Source: Chrysomallon squamiferum (lineage: Eukaryota; Animalia; Mollusca). Taken from it: a stretch of DNA of 64,000 nt. Numbering within the stretch: the first letter of the stretch is position 1; each line of letters begins with the position of its first letter. The notes beneath the pieces are model-generated. The model saw nothing but the letters and a program-made list of their open reading frames with translations, was not told the origin of the DNA and made no database searches. The stretch is taken from contig CM022672.1 of the NCBI GenBank assembly GCA_012295275.1, positions 19,778,001-19,842,000 of the forward strand, written 5' to 3'. This document shows positions 1-14,123 of the stretch, one piece after another. A program made the position numbers and the translations under genes.

Positions 1-1448
1 AATATAAAGGCATAGTAATAAGTCACATATGTTTACAAATACAGAGCAGAGCTAATCCTGGCTTGTAATTTAATAATTCATGTTATACATGAGCGAGGAA
101 TGTCAAAGCAATTTTAGTTATTATAAAGCCGCAAAGAGCGAAGTCATATTATAGCTCTAGCTGTATTTGTTCTGAGATGAATGAAATATTTCAAACTGAT
201 ACAATGTGAGATTTTATGCCTTGAAAGAACTGACTTTGTGCTGTCTAATTTATTTCACTTTGATTCTTGAAATTCTTTAACGTTGAACATTGCGAATTAG
301 AAGGTTAATACTGACAATACGCGCATCAAATGACGACTATTAATAAACTACTTAGATGTGTCTCTCAAACAGAGAAAATATTTTGTTATCTCTGTGATAA
401 TTGGGGTCGTGGTAACATACAAGGGCAGGACAGGGCGGTATTGAGCCGTGATTGTACAAAGTTTTATCGAGCTGGAAGGAAGTGGGCATCATAAAACAAC
501 ATTTCCCCTTTCCATTCATATATCCATAAAGTCGCCTCACGTCAGTTTGAAAAATATTTTATTTATCTGGGTAAACAAGCCACGTCTAAACAACTCCGAT
601 GTGCAGTGGCCGTGAATCGAGGAATTACATCGTAGCATCCCGGCATCCAGCGAGAAAGTTCGGCCAAAGCCAGGGTCTTGTACTCATGAATATTCACGAG
701 CCGGCAGTGTGTCAGGTGTCACGAGATATACAATTAGTTGGATCTGGGAGATCAATAAGCAGAGCGAATTGAGAAATAACCTCGCGCTGTAATACACATC
801 CCTTACTCGGCCACTGACATTATCATCGACACGTATCTTCACCAGCGTCCACGTCATCAACGTCCTTACTTTCTTTAACATCAGCCGTCAGCACCAACAG
901 TTTTTATTCGGATAATAAATAAATAAGTATAATAAATAAAAATGAATAAAATAAAACAAAATAATATATATGTGTGTGTGTGAACACGTACAGACGCACG
1001 CACGCACACACACAAATACATATATATATATAGAATAAATGAATAAAATAAGTATGCAAGTAAGTAAATAGAATAAGTAAATAAATTAAAATGTAATAAA
1101 ATTAAATTAAATAAACATGAGGAGGAATCACTGACAAATCAAAAGGGAAAAAAAATGTATTATCAGTTAAGCACAGAATACGTTTAAATATGGAAACGAA
1201 ATTGAAATAAATATTCATCGTATAACTTTCTTTACTTTTTTTCTTTTTCTTTTCTTTCCTTTTTTTATTATTATTATTTTCTTCTTTTTTGGGGGGATTT
1301 TCTTACTTATTTTTTTTTTTTTCCTTCTAAATTTTTGTTTGCATTAAATATTAAACAAAACAGTGCAAAACGAAGAAGCAAAATTCAATTTTGTAAGCGA
1401 CGAATTCGCGTTCCAGACTGGGGTGGACAAGAAACAGCGTGAGCTGGA

Positions 1449-2008
1449 TTTAATATTCTGCTGATACACGTCTGTATTTAATATTCTACTGATACACGTC
1501 TGTATTTAATATTCTACTGATACAAGTCTGTATTTAATATTCTGCTGATACACGTCTGTATTTAATATTCTACTGATACACGTCTGTATTTAATATTCTG
1601 CTGATACACGTCTGTATTTAATATTCTGCTGATACACGTCTGTATTTAATATTCTACTGATACACGTCTGTATTTAATATTCTACTGATACACGTCTGTA
1701 TTTAATATTCTACTGATACACGTCTGTATTTAATATTCTGCTGATACACGTCTGTATTTAATATTCTACTGATACACGTCTGTATTTAATATTCTGCTGA
1801 TACACGTCTGTATTTAATATTCTGCTGATACACGTCTGTATTTAATATTCTGCTGATACACGTCTGTATTTAATATTCTGCTGATACACGTCTGTATTTA
1901 ATATTCTACTGATACACGTCTGTATTTAATATTCTACTGATACACGTCCGTGTTTAATATTCTGCTGATACACGTCTGTATTTAATATTCTACTGATGCA
2001 CGTCTGTA
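1449..2008. repeat. 28-bp minisatellite, 20 tandem copies (TTTAATATTCT[A/G]CTGATACACGTCTGTA)
   Basis: Direct reading shows 20 head-to-tail units with no spacers, nearly identical apart from one A/G site. Confidence 0.97.
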
Positions 2009-3597
2009 TGAGACATGCTGTGTTAGACTGGAACACACAACAAATACGCAGTTTTCTGTCAGCTCTCGAGTAGAAGGAGAAATTTTAGTTACGTAAACTC
2101 TTGAAAAGCACATCGGCCAATGAACTTTAGTCCACAGGTGTGGGTTTTGTTAATAGGACACTGACTCGTTAATACAGCAGAGATTTTTTTTTTTTTAACA
2201 AAGACATGTTAAACGAAGAAATTTTTTTTTTTTTTTTTTTTTTTGCCGGATGCAATTCACAGTATATACCAAGCATATAATTAACTTTTCAACAAGTCTC
2301 TCACCAATTTCCCACATTTCTGGATATTCAATTATTCAGAAGTTTAGTTCATGATTTTTTTTTTTTTTTTTTTTTTTTAATTATTATTTCCTTTTGCCAC
2401 GACTGTGAAACAAGATTCGCATTCACTGAGAGGACAGGATGAATACATGTGCTATTATAATAATATCTGGTTTCAAATCTGCTTAAGCCAACGCATTATT
2501 AAAATAGCCACGTCTATAACAAAAGCCAAAGGAGCATGTCACTAATTAATTTAAATTCTTTAATGCACTATCGGTAGAACGAAATAAATCAGTAGATATT
2601 ATTATTATTATACGTACTAGTATGTAGATGTGTATGACATTAAATGCGTACCGTGGTTTCAGTGTTAAAGAAAATCCTCTGTACGCAAATATGTGCATAT
2701 ATCTATATAATATAACTTGGTATGAATGTGTGTTTGTGTGTATATATATTTATATATATATGTATGCATGAATGTATATACATGTGTCTGTATACGTGTG
2801 TGCGTATATGCATGTCGGTATTTATGCGTGTATGTAAGTAAGTAAGTATGTGTGTGTGTGTACGTATCGTTTTAACACATCTATCCTAATTAGCAGTGAC
2901 AGACTACATTGTTTATCTTAAGACAGGTGCGAGACCAATTAAAAAGTAATAAGTTCATTATATCTGTGAGACAACAACCCGTCCTGCATCCGCAACTTGA
3001 TAAGGCGAGTTATTTTCAGAAATAACGACAACCGAGATGGAGCCGATATCTAAAGTATTTATTTCGTACTTGTATGTTTAATAATGCACTCGGGGGTATT
3101 TTTCAAAAATAAATTACGTATGTTTTGGGTGTTCAGCAAAGAAGCCATTTTTCTTGTTAATATTCAGAATATTTGAGATTGTCTCTTCATCTGTACATTG
3201 ACTTAAAATAACTTCAGAGCAGATAAGCAGTTAATTAAGTTACGTGAGCAGGTTTATATATTTTTTAATTCTGTTTACTGCTAGTTTGCTGGGCTAATCT
3301 TCTAAAAGTGTGCATGTGCCTGTGTACATATGTATCCATGTATGTATGTATGTGTGTATAAACATTTATATATATGTATGTATGTATGTATATGTGTGTG
3401 TGTATGTATGTATGTATGTATATATATGTATGTATCTGTGTGTGTATGCATGTATGTATGTATATGTATGTGTATGTATATTCACATACGAAGATCTATC
3501 CACAATTCACAGGCAATAATTGTTATATTTCATGTTTCATTTAATACAGCTTTAAATGGAATCTTATGAAGCAGTATTACATAATTATGGTATTAAT

Positions 3598-3604
<7 letters not shown>

Positions 3605-3669
<65 letters not shown>
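3605..3669. repeat. (TG)n microsatellite
   Basis: Direct reading. Confidence 0.95.
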
Positions 3670-3672
<3 letters not shown>

Positions 3673-4570
3673 TGTGTGTGTAAGTATGTCTTTCTGTTCG
3701 GTAAAATCGTCCATACTAATGAACTATCAGACACAGTTATAAAATAACAGCCTGGTTACATAACGTGACTGAGATGTGATATGCTCAGTGCATCACGACA
3801 GAAGACTAATAATTTTTTGATTAGAAATTGGAGGAATCAGGTCCACACGCAAGCGATTAAATCTAATCCACAGGGAGAAGAAAAGAAATAGTTTTACGGC
3901 TGATTTACTTCGTAGATTGCTACTGCTTTTTCTTAATAATAATAAACGTGCAAGTGAGCCGATGCAATTCTACACGCAAATAACGTAAGTACTTGGGTTA
4001 GAATGGATAATTAGCTGGGATTCATCAGTGTTTTATAATGAACGAAGTTAAATAAGATTTCTTAAACTGGAAGGCTCATGTGTCTACCGCAAACCATCGC
4101 TGAAAAATGTTGCTGTTGTTGTTTTATTATTATTATTATTTATCATTATCATAATCATCATTATTGTCGTCGTCATTAAATATATATTAATAACATAATA
4201 ATGTGTGTGTTGTATCGATAGATAACCAAAGTTTTTCACCATGTTCCCAATACAGGCCTGGTTAAATATATCGTAAACTAAAATAGCCAGCACTATTTAT
4301 TTCATAAACGCGACCGTATAATTATGGAGATAGTCTATCTTTTACTTGTTTATTTTTTTATTTAATTTTGTATAATATTTGTTAGGCTTTTACACACACA
4401 CACACACACACATATATATATTTTTGTATTTATATTTAAAGGTATTTGGTGAACACATGATTGGAATCAGATTACATATATGGTTTTATTAAATGTTTTG
4501 GTTACTTCTACACTATCTGAAAATTGTCAGCGACCTCTGAACAACTTTTTCCATTTTAGCTATTCAAGTT

Positions 4571-4572
<2 letters not shown>

Positions 4573-4645
<73 letters not shown>
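4573..4645. repeat. (AG)n microsatellite
   Basis: Direct reading. Confidence 0.95.
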
Positions 4646-4649
<4 letters not shown>

Positions 4650-5241
4650 TCATCCCAGCAGTAATGGTATTAAGAAAAGGATTCACCGTAAGTATCTGGC
4701 TGTCACTTTCCAACCGGATACTAATCTAATTACCTCCCTTTACAGCTCTTCAGTGGAAAAAGCCTCCAGAACAATGGCAAGCGCTTTTAGTTTTACTAAC
4801 GAATGCAATTAAGAGCGTTAAAACTGAATAACTAAACAAACACGCCTGTGAAAGTTGCAGTAAATGTTTAAACAAATGAATGTAAGAAAGGATCAATATA
4901 TTGTTTTTGCATGCTTTTCACATGAAATCTTTTTTTTTTTTTGTGTCATCTTTTTTTTATTATTTTGCTTTGTTTTCTTTATTTTTTGCTTTTTAGATAA
5001 ACAGATAAAAGCTAAGACGGAACAAATTTTTTCCTTTTAATTTTTGACCTTCGCTTTTCATTTTTATTATTATTTTTTTTTCTCTTTTCGTTTCCTTGCA
5101 TTTATTTTCTGTTTTTCTTTCTTTCTTCATTTTCATTTTGTGGTGTCTTTTTTTTGTTGTTTGTTTTTCGTTCTTTTCATCTTTCTTAAAAATGTTCTTT
5201 TCTTTTCATAATTTGTTCTCTATTTCTTTAAATAAATAAAA

Positions 5242-5273
<32 letters not shown>

Positions 5274-5945
5274 GGCTGCTGATTAAAGTCAAAATTTTCT
5301 TGTGGTCAGTGTCGTTAATTTGTCGAACGTGCCAACCCGGCACGCTTTGTTCAATTAGCGCTGCCCTGTTCGTGTCTTCGGATCTGTTTGTAACCGTGTG
5401 TGAGCGATTTCGAACCACTGTACAAACTCTGAAACCGTGATCGGCACCGTAATGGTATAACTGTCTTCTCTCTGACCGTCAGAGCAGAAAAGTCTTGAGA
5501 TTTCTTAACCCCGATGAATGACGATGTGTAAAGATTTCGTTGGCGTAATCTCATTATCCCGTTTTTCACGGTTATTTACCTAACCATGCAGACTGAGTTA
5601 TGTAAATGCGGGACACTTATTCAACTCTGATACGCGAAATAACGGGATGGTTTGTTTATCCGTTCGGTGGATAACGCTGTTCCAGACATTTGGCTTTTCT
5701 GATATTACTGTTAAATACAATGTATGGGAAAAAAAAATAATAATAATAATAAAAAAATAATAAAAAATAATGAATGCTTCTTTTAATTCATATATATGTG
5801 TGTGTGTGTGCGTGTGTGTGTGCGTGTGTGTGTGTGTGTCTGTACTAAGTACCTGCGTGAAAATATAATTGTTTGCCCTTTTGCTAATCGTCTTCCAGGA
5901 TGTTATTTCTTATCGTCATTGATTAATGTTCTATCAATATACTCC

Positions 5946-5947
<2 letters not shown>

Positions 5948-6013
<66 letters not shown>
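5948..6013. repeat. (CA)n microsatellite
   Basis: Direct reading. Confidence 0.95.
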
Positions 6014-6015
<2 letters not shown>

Positions 6016-6534
6016 TACATATTATTTTATTTTATTTTATTTTATTTTACTGTCATTTCTTGTTTATTGACAACAGAATACAACGTGGATAATTAAAAAT
6101 TAATGCAAAATGCTTTTGTTTCAAGGAAAAAAGTGTTTGATGACTTTTTTTTTTTCTGTTTTTATTTATTCTGCTTTCTGTTGTCTGTTTGTTATAATTC
6201 TATTGATTGTTTCCTTGATAAAGATTCTTTGATGCTCTTTTACGTCTTCTGATTACATTTTCTTCCTTTATTTTCTTTTCAGTTAATTGTCGTTCTCGAT
6301 GTTTGCTGTGATTAATACATGTCTGGCCTCATTGTTTGAAACAATGCATACATCAGTATTATTGAAATGTCACCGTGTTTGTGTCTCACGATAAAATGTT
6401 TAGGTTGAAAATCCATCCAGTCGCTTGATATTATTGACAAACTGCTGATCAAAATAGAAAATTTAACAATATCTTTTTTATTTTTTTTTTTTTTTTTTTT
6501 TTTTAGAAGTTCTTTTTACTATTATTATTATTTA

Positions 6535-6582
<48 letters not shown>

Positions 6583-9368
6583 TTTAACATATTAACGTCT
6601 GAATCTTTTAAAAATATTTTAATATTCAAGTGTGATGCCAATGTCAGGAGAAGAATTAGCGGGCACTGATTGGCAGATTGCCGGAGATTACGTCAGTAAC
6701 ACGTGATACCAGCCTCGCGACTGTTTTTATAAATCTGTCACCGACTTCACTTATCTAGACGTTCAGCTTGTTTTATTCATTTGTTTCATTTGGTTTGCTT
6801 CTCTGTTTCTTTATCTGTCTATCTATCTATCTATCTATCTGTCTATCTATCTATCTGTCTATATATATATATATATATATATATGTCTATCTAGCTGTCT
6901 GTCTGTCTGTCTGTCTGACTGCCTGTTTATCTATATCTGACTGTCTGTCGGTCTGTATGTGTGTCTGCCTCTTCATCTAACTACTTATTTGTTTATTTGG
7001 CCCAGTGTTTGTTTATGTATTAATTAATTAATTCGTTTTTTGTTTGTTTGTTTGTTTGTCTGTTTATTTATTTATTTATTTTGTGGTTCTTTTGGTGGCT
7101 TTTTCATTTAAGTTTTAGGATTAGACGAGGACATGAAATCTCCTTCTTCTTTTCTTTTTTCATTCGTCCTTCTTTCTTTTTCTCTTCGTTCATTCTCTCT
7201 TCATTCTATTTTTTCTTTTTCTATTCTAAAATTCCTTTCCTTTGTTTTCTATTACTGCTATATTTTTAATTTTCATTAATTTTTTAGCTTTGTACGTTTC
7301 TCTATTCCATTTATTTTTCTTTCCTTTCGTTATTTGCTTTTATTCTTCCCTCTATCTCCTTCTCATTATTTAATATTTTTATTGTCTATTCATATAAAAT
7401 AATATTACTGCTTGGTTTGCCAATTCTGTTCACGGAATTAATTCCCTTTTGGATGACATCCGCTAGCTTACAATTTCAACAGAAAACGAAAAAGTACTTT
7501 CCATTTGGCAATATCATTTATCAGAAGTAGTCTTTAAAAGCACGACCGCCGATACAAGAAGAAAAACCACGCAAATCAAGAACTCACTTTTCCTTTATCT
7601 AAATTGCATCTTTCGAATCTCTCCATAATTCATTTCTCACCACAGTTGCGGTGTGCAGTACCTTTCTTGAAATAAATGTTCTTGGAGTACGGAAGAACAG
7701 ATAACTTAGATTTCACTTAGTTACACGCATTTTTTTGCTCGTGATGGCGTGGTATAATTAGAGACAGACACACAGACACGTACAGCGGATCAGCTTGTGA
7801 TCATGACACGTTTCTGTACTTCGTTAATACACGACAGCATAACGCATAAAACGCGTGTGACAAATAACGTGTTACGATGATATACGATGTCGAAAGAAGA
7901 TGCGGTGGTTATAATTTCAGTCATCGTCATCCTCTAATCCTTGTAATTAACAGCCAGCGAGCGAACGCTTCGATCTGAAACCGCTTAAGATGGAAACGGT
8001 CACGTTTCGTGATTATGGCTCCCTCTAGAATGCTTTGAGTTTTTATAGTAATTTGAAGTTAACACCAGAATTTCTTTTTCAAACAATAACGTTAGAAAGG
8101 AGAAAGAATACAATGGTTTTACATTTTCCCATATATGTAGATTCTGTACTGAAAATCTAGTTACCTATGAATTTAATGTCAATATGCTATCTGCCATGCT
8201 ATTTAAGATGTACAGAAAACTAAAAAAATTTGTCTAAAAAAACAATGGAAAGTTGTACTGAAGATGAATGTATCGCTGAAATGGTTGTTTTGGATGATTC
8301 ATGATCCGTTTATCAAACGTATGTGTTTTCCTCACTGCAGTAAGGTGTGTATGTAGTAAAAGAGTATTTGCTGCAAACAGTAAAGGAGTATCTCATCAGC
8401 GTTCCATCAGCCTGTTTGTTGTGTAACTATCATAGTAACCCTTAACAACAACGTCATATAATAATAACAAATTAAAATGTTGTGTATTTTTGTACAGCCG
8501 AACCTTAAATCAGATTCATACAGCCACCACAAAACACCTCTTACTCAAAACAAATTAATTATTATCACTCCTGTCTGGAATTACTTAGGCCAAGGGTCAT
8601 CGCAATATGGTGCTTGTCATTTTCCAGACTACAATAAAAGTGCGGGGGTTCTGTTACCCAGTAATTTCTTGGACAGAGACCGGCAAGCCAGAACGGAAAA
8701 CAAGTGACCGAGATTTAAATCTGGAATTAAGAAAGGATTACAGTTCGCTTTCGGCGGCAACCGTACGTTCCTGGTCACGAATATGCCGGTCAGGGTCAGG
8801 AAGGTCTGAACAGAGTTTGTGCTCTTGGAGAAGTATATCAGTTTTAAGTTCAAGCGCTCCTCGTACTGATAGCTATCGATACAATCAAATTATTTCAAGA
8901 CGTGCTTGTTTCCGTGGACAATCCGCGTTGTAACTCGAAACAAGCCTAAAACTGATGCATTCCTGTCTGAACGTTATCTCTGCATGTGTGATAGTTGATG
9001 TGAATTCAATTGTCTGAATTTTTATACGTCATGGATCGGATACATCAAGATTTCTCTTCTTCCTTTTCTTCTTCTTATTTTTTTTTTTTTTTTGAAAAAT
9101 TAATTTCCAGTCCACTCAGTTTTCAGCAACAGTTAATTTAAAAGCCAGTTAAACGTGTTGTATTACGGAAAAACATACATATTGAGAGACAACTGTAGAC
9201 AGAGATAAGAATGTTACCATGAAATAATTGTAAGATGTCATTGATATGGTTTGTTATGTAAATAATTCCCTACACGGACAACTTAATGATGTTTAGACGG
9301 TTTTTCTCGCTAGAAATCAGTCTTAACTTTTATTCAAACTAATAAGTAATAAATCTTCTGTCTGTTCT

Positions 9369-9472
<104 letters not shown>

Positions 9473-11732
9473 ACAGTGATTATTACGATAACAATAAACA
9501 AACAAACAAAGATGCTGGTAAATAATATATAAGTTATTATTTTTTTTTTTTTACTTATTTTTTTTTTTAATTTAAATTACTTTCAAAAATGTGGAATGAT
9601 GTCATAAAAGCTGTGGAAAATAACAGTCTCTAAGCATTTCATCAGACTTATTGTTTTAGCATCATAAAATTTGGTGAAATCGTATCAAATAAGCCAGCCA
9701 GACTGAAGTGTACCAGAAAAATTCAGACTTTGACACTAGTATCAAGAAGAGGCAGACATCGATTTAATTATGGTAGTAATAGGAAAACAAAGAGAAGAGA
9801 AAGATTTTTTTTTTAAATAATAATAATAATAATAATATTAGTATCAGCAGCATCAGCAGCATCCAGTAAAACAAACATCAAAAGATTCACGTAACGCTGA
9901 CACTTATTTGTCAGATAATTATATTTCTTCTTCACAACGAATGGGGTCACTCGCATTTTTTTTTTTTTTTTACTCGCATGTTCGGTTAGCAGGAAGGGAG
10001 ATAATAATGCTGATTCTTAACCTCCGGAAAAAAAAAAAAAATGGAGAACAATCCAATTACTTCGACTGGGATAACGTGCCACTTAGTAGAAGCGCTGCAT
10101 GCAAACCCATCCCGGCTTTTAACCGCCTCTGGTCAGCGCTCAATCTGTTTTTCGTGCCGCGGTCAGTCATTAGGCGACGTCAGCGTACGACGACAGCGCG
10201 ACAACGTGTCTAACCCGTTCATTTAAAAAGTTAAGGCATTTTCCTTATCGGTCCATCAAAATGGCTGAACTCCTGGCTGAACAGTGGCGATTGTTAGATG
10301 ATTGCTGGAATTGAGTGGCAATTTACAGACTCTTTGGCGTGTAGTCAAGAAGCATTTAGTGTAACGTGCGTCTTAGTGCCGTGTTGACGAAGTGGCAAAA
10401 GTAACACATTGCTATACGGGTCCCGCGATCTCTCGACATTTAAATACTAGCACGTAGCAAGTTGTGTCTTGTTGAAATCGGCGCCTCGCGATTCTGGTAA
10501 AAGCTATTGTTCCCATATGAAGGGAGATGTATCTTTAATTATTCATTAACACTTCAGGTAAAGTTAGTTATACAGAGGTCGTTAAATCTACTCAAATATC
10601 TTTGTTCATGGTCATAAAAGGGGATGTCCGGAGTTCCTTAAAACCTTAGAATATACAAGGATTTAATTAAATGATTCTCCGTGGAATGTTGTTGATTCAC
10701 CATTATTGTAGTCGTGATATTTTTTTTTGTTTGTTTGTGGGTGTTGTTGTTGTTTGCATAATTTTAAATTGATACATCAAATATCAATTTCATTACAAAA
10801 CAAACAAAGAGATTAGTTCATGACATCATGTTTAGTTTTTTTTGTTTTTTTTACGTGTTTTTTTTTTTTTTTTTTTTTTGTTTTTTGTTTTTTTAATTTT
10901 GGGCTCCATTATAATATATGCTACATGGAATAATACGGTCCTAATTGATTTGCTTCCAAATCACTAATGAATAATAATGTAATAATTATAGAACCTTGAG
11001 CTAACTTTACTTAATACATGGACTGCGTGTGTAAGTCGATATAAGTTATGTAGATGGGTTACGTGAACGAAACAAAAAGTCCGAAATTCTCACTACAAAT
11101 AAGTTTAAAAACTAATACAAATTCAAAAGTCTACATATGAAATGCTAAGACTGTAACTTACGTAATTTCAACTTTGATACTTAACAAATAAGAACCATGA
11201 CACGATCTTAAACACATAAAGAATATCGACTTACAAAGTAACCTACACAAAACAGAAATCTGTCATTTCAAAGTGACACGATCACATATTCGAATTTAGA
11301 CCTTGAGTGATAGGTTAACAAGGAGGTTAACTAGGGGTTTAATGAGGGGGTTAATAAAGAGGTTAACATACCGGACAACTAGTCGAAGGTTAAACTGAAA
11401 GTTATTATCAACTTGTCTCAACTGGTAATAGGGCGTATTTGATTACACATTTTCGGTGGCTTGTAGAACAAAAAGTTAATATAATTACTTGCTGTATTTT
11501 CTTGTATTTGATAGGAAGAACAGATGAATAAATGAATATTCGAACGAAAAAAATAAAGTGAATGAAGGAATGCATTAAATTCTCACAGAAACCAATATAG
11601 TGTCCTTGTCATGTTATGTGCCTTTAATGTGTCTGTAATCATATTAGCTTGCTTTGATAGTATTATGTACAACAGATGCCACATCATGTAACCTTTTTTC
11701 CAAATAAAATTCTCTCTCTCTCTCTCTCTCTC

Positions 11733-11781
<49 letters not shown>

Positions 11782-12424
11782 CCAAGTACATATATATATA
11801 TAATTAAATAGATATAGATATAATAAATGTAATTTTAATATCTGACTTTCATCTTCAAAGGAAAATGATAACATCTGGTAACAGCCGGAAAAAAATAACG
11901 GAAGATATACCAAATTAATGAAGTAAATAAATAAATAAAAATGTATTAAACATTTTGAGTACATTAAGTTCAAATACTATTTATAGAGACCGCAATATCC
12001 ACGATTTCGTCGCTAGCAGGACATTTAGAACGGGCGCAATACTCTCTGTAAAGACCTATTAGAACACCAATGATTACGGATTATGCGATTTCTTCGAGCA
12101 CGAATTGAACATGGGTTGGGCGAATTGGATTCATTACCAGTTAATATGCTCGATAATCTCTGAAAAGCCAATCGTCGTAACAAGACGCAAAATGGCGACA
12201 GAGTGAAACTGCGTTATTACCGTGAGACGTGTTTGAATGACACTTAATTACCGACACCGAGGGATCCGTCCGGGAGAGACACTTCTGCCTTGTTCGAGTT
12301 TTGTCACCCTCGCAATAAATCTGCTGCAAATAGAAAACGTTCCATTCTCGTACGTCTCAAAGTGCATTAGTCGTCTTGTGTAACTGAAATAGACGTGAAT
12401 GCGGCGAAAGAGAGGGGTGGAAAT

Positions 12425-12522
12425 TAATAATAATAATAATGATGATGATGATGATGATGATGATAATAATAATAATCATAATCATAATCATAATCATAAT
12501 CATAATCATAATCATAATCATA

Positions 12523-12591
<69 letters not shown>

Positions 12592-12603
12592 ATAATAATA
12601 ATG
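12425..12603. repeat. Compound triplet microsatellite (AAT)(GAT)(AAT)(CATAAT)(GAT)(ACT)(AAT)
   Basis: Direct reading; all blocks are in one phase. Confidence 0.95.
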
Positions 12604-13362
12604 AGAAGTTCGTCCATAAGGAAACCAGTAGATTAAGCTGGTTAAGGATGACGATAATATAAACAGTGTTTGCTTTATGACGATTATGTCATTCAAAAAA
12701 TAAAACAAAATGTTTTGAGTAGTGAAGTTTATGAAGGTTTCGTGATGACCAACACCAACATCTGGATTCCAACTCTTTTTCAGAACTGTTGGTCAAACAT
12801 AAACACAACTACACCGATATATTTTGTTTCTCTATCCATTCTAGCATGACTAGATGATCAAAAGAGTTGATTTCATAATCCTCAAATTTAAAAAAAAAAA
12901 AAAAAAATTTTTTTTATAAAACGAACTGTAGTTCTTCTATCTAGTAAAAACAACCTTAATACACGCTTGTTTCGTATACTGAAAGGTTTTGGCAGCACAT
13001 TTAAACTGAAAAACATAACTCTGTTACAATTTGCATCTGCATCGATTTGTTTCTTTCTCCGGCAGCTCAAAAATATGCCGTGTTCCGTCACATTTTCTAT
13101 TTCATAATTGTAATAGAACACGACTGTTGTATACTGTTAGATAGTACTCTGCAACAGACGCGATAAATAATCTGTCACGGCATACAGTGATTTGTACGTC
13201 GTAATTATATATACGCACATCCCAGTTGAATACGTCTGATGATAGAGCGGCCGTCTGTGTGGCATTTAATTCATCTATCAGGTTATAACTGTCTGTCTGG
13301 TGAATAGTTTCGTTATGAAATAAAGCAAAACTTCGTTACAATTTTCATTTAGCTGTGCGTGT

Positions 13363-13610
13363 TTAATAATAATAATAATAATAATAATAATATGAATAAC
13401 AATAACAACAACACCACTACCAACAACAATAACAACAAAAACAACAAGAGCAGCAATAATAATAATAAGAACAATAATAATAATAATGATAATGATGATG
13501 ACGATGATAGTGATGATGAAAACATTAATGATAATAATAATGATAATGATGATGACGATGACGAAGATGACGTTATTGTTAATGATAGTAATAACAATGT
13601 TGATGGTTAC
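13363..13610. repeat. Degenerate compound triplet repeat (AAT/AAC/GAT/GAC)
   Basis: Direct reading. Confidence 0.9.
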
Positions 13611-14015
13611 TGAAACCAATTGTTCCAGATTCCTAACGCCATCCTTCTGTTATTAAACCAAAAAAATGTGTTGAGACCACAAGATTTCATTAAAATCAAT
13701 CTACGTAAATGGAGCCATACCCGCCGATAAACAGGTTTTTTAGCTCGGTTCTACAACATCACTTTTTAAGCGAGAGAAAAAAAAAAAAAAAAAAAAGGAA
13801 ATGAAGTGTTTGCTCTCTCGTTTGACATTTCATGATTATCGTGCTCAGAAATGTCATAGAGGATAAATTACATGTTTTCAGATTTGTATATAATTTTGTG
13901 CGGTGCGTTTGTGTAACAGACTGGCTGGTCTTGAGAATTTAAGATGAAGAGAAAGAAAGAAACCGAGAGAAATAAAACCTAGGTAGAGAAATAAAACCGA
14001 TGTGGTTGTCTAATG

Positions 14016-14123
<108 letters not shown>

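Noticed and set aside
1449-2008. CRISPR-like array (28-bp repeats)
   Set aside because: Units are head-to-tail with no unique spacers, there are no cas genes and the context is eukaryotic.
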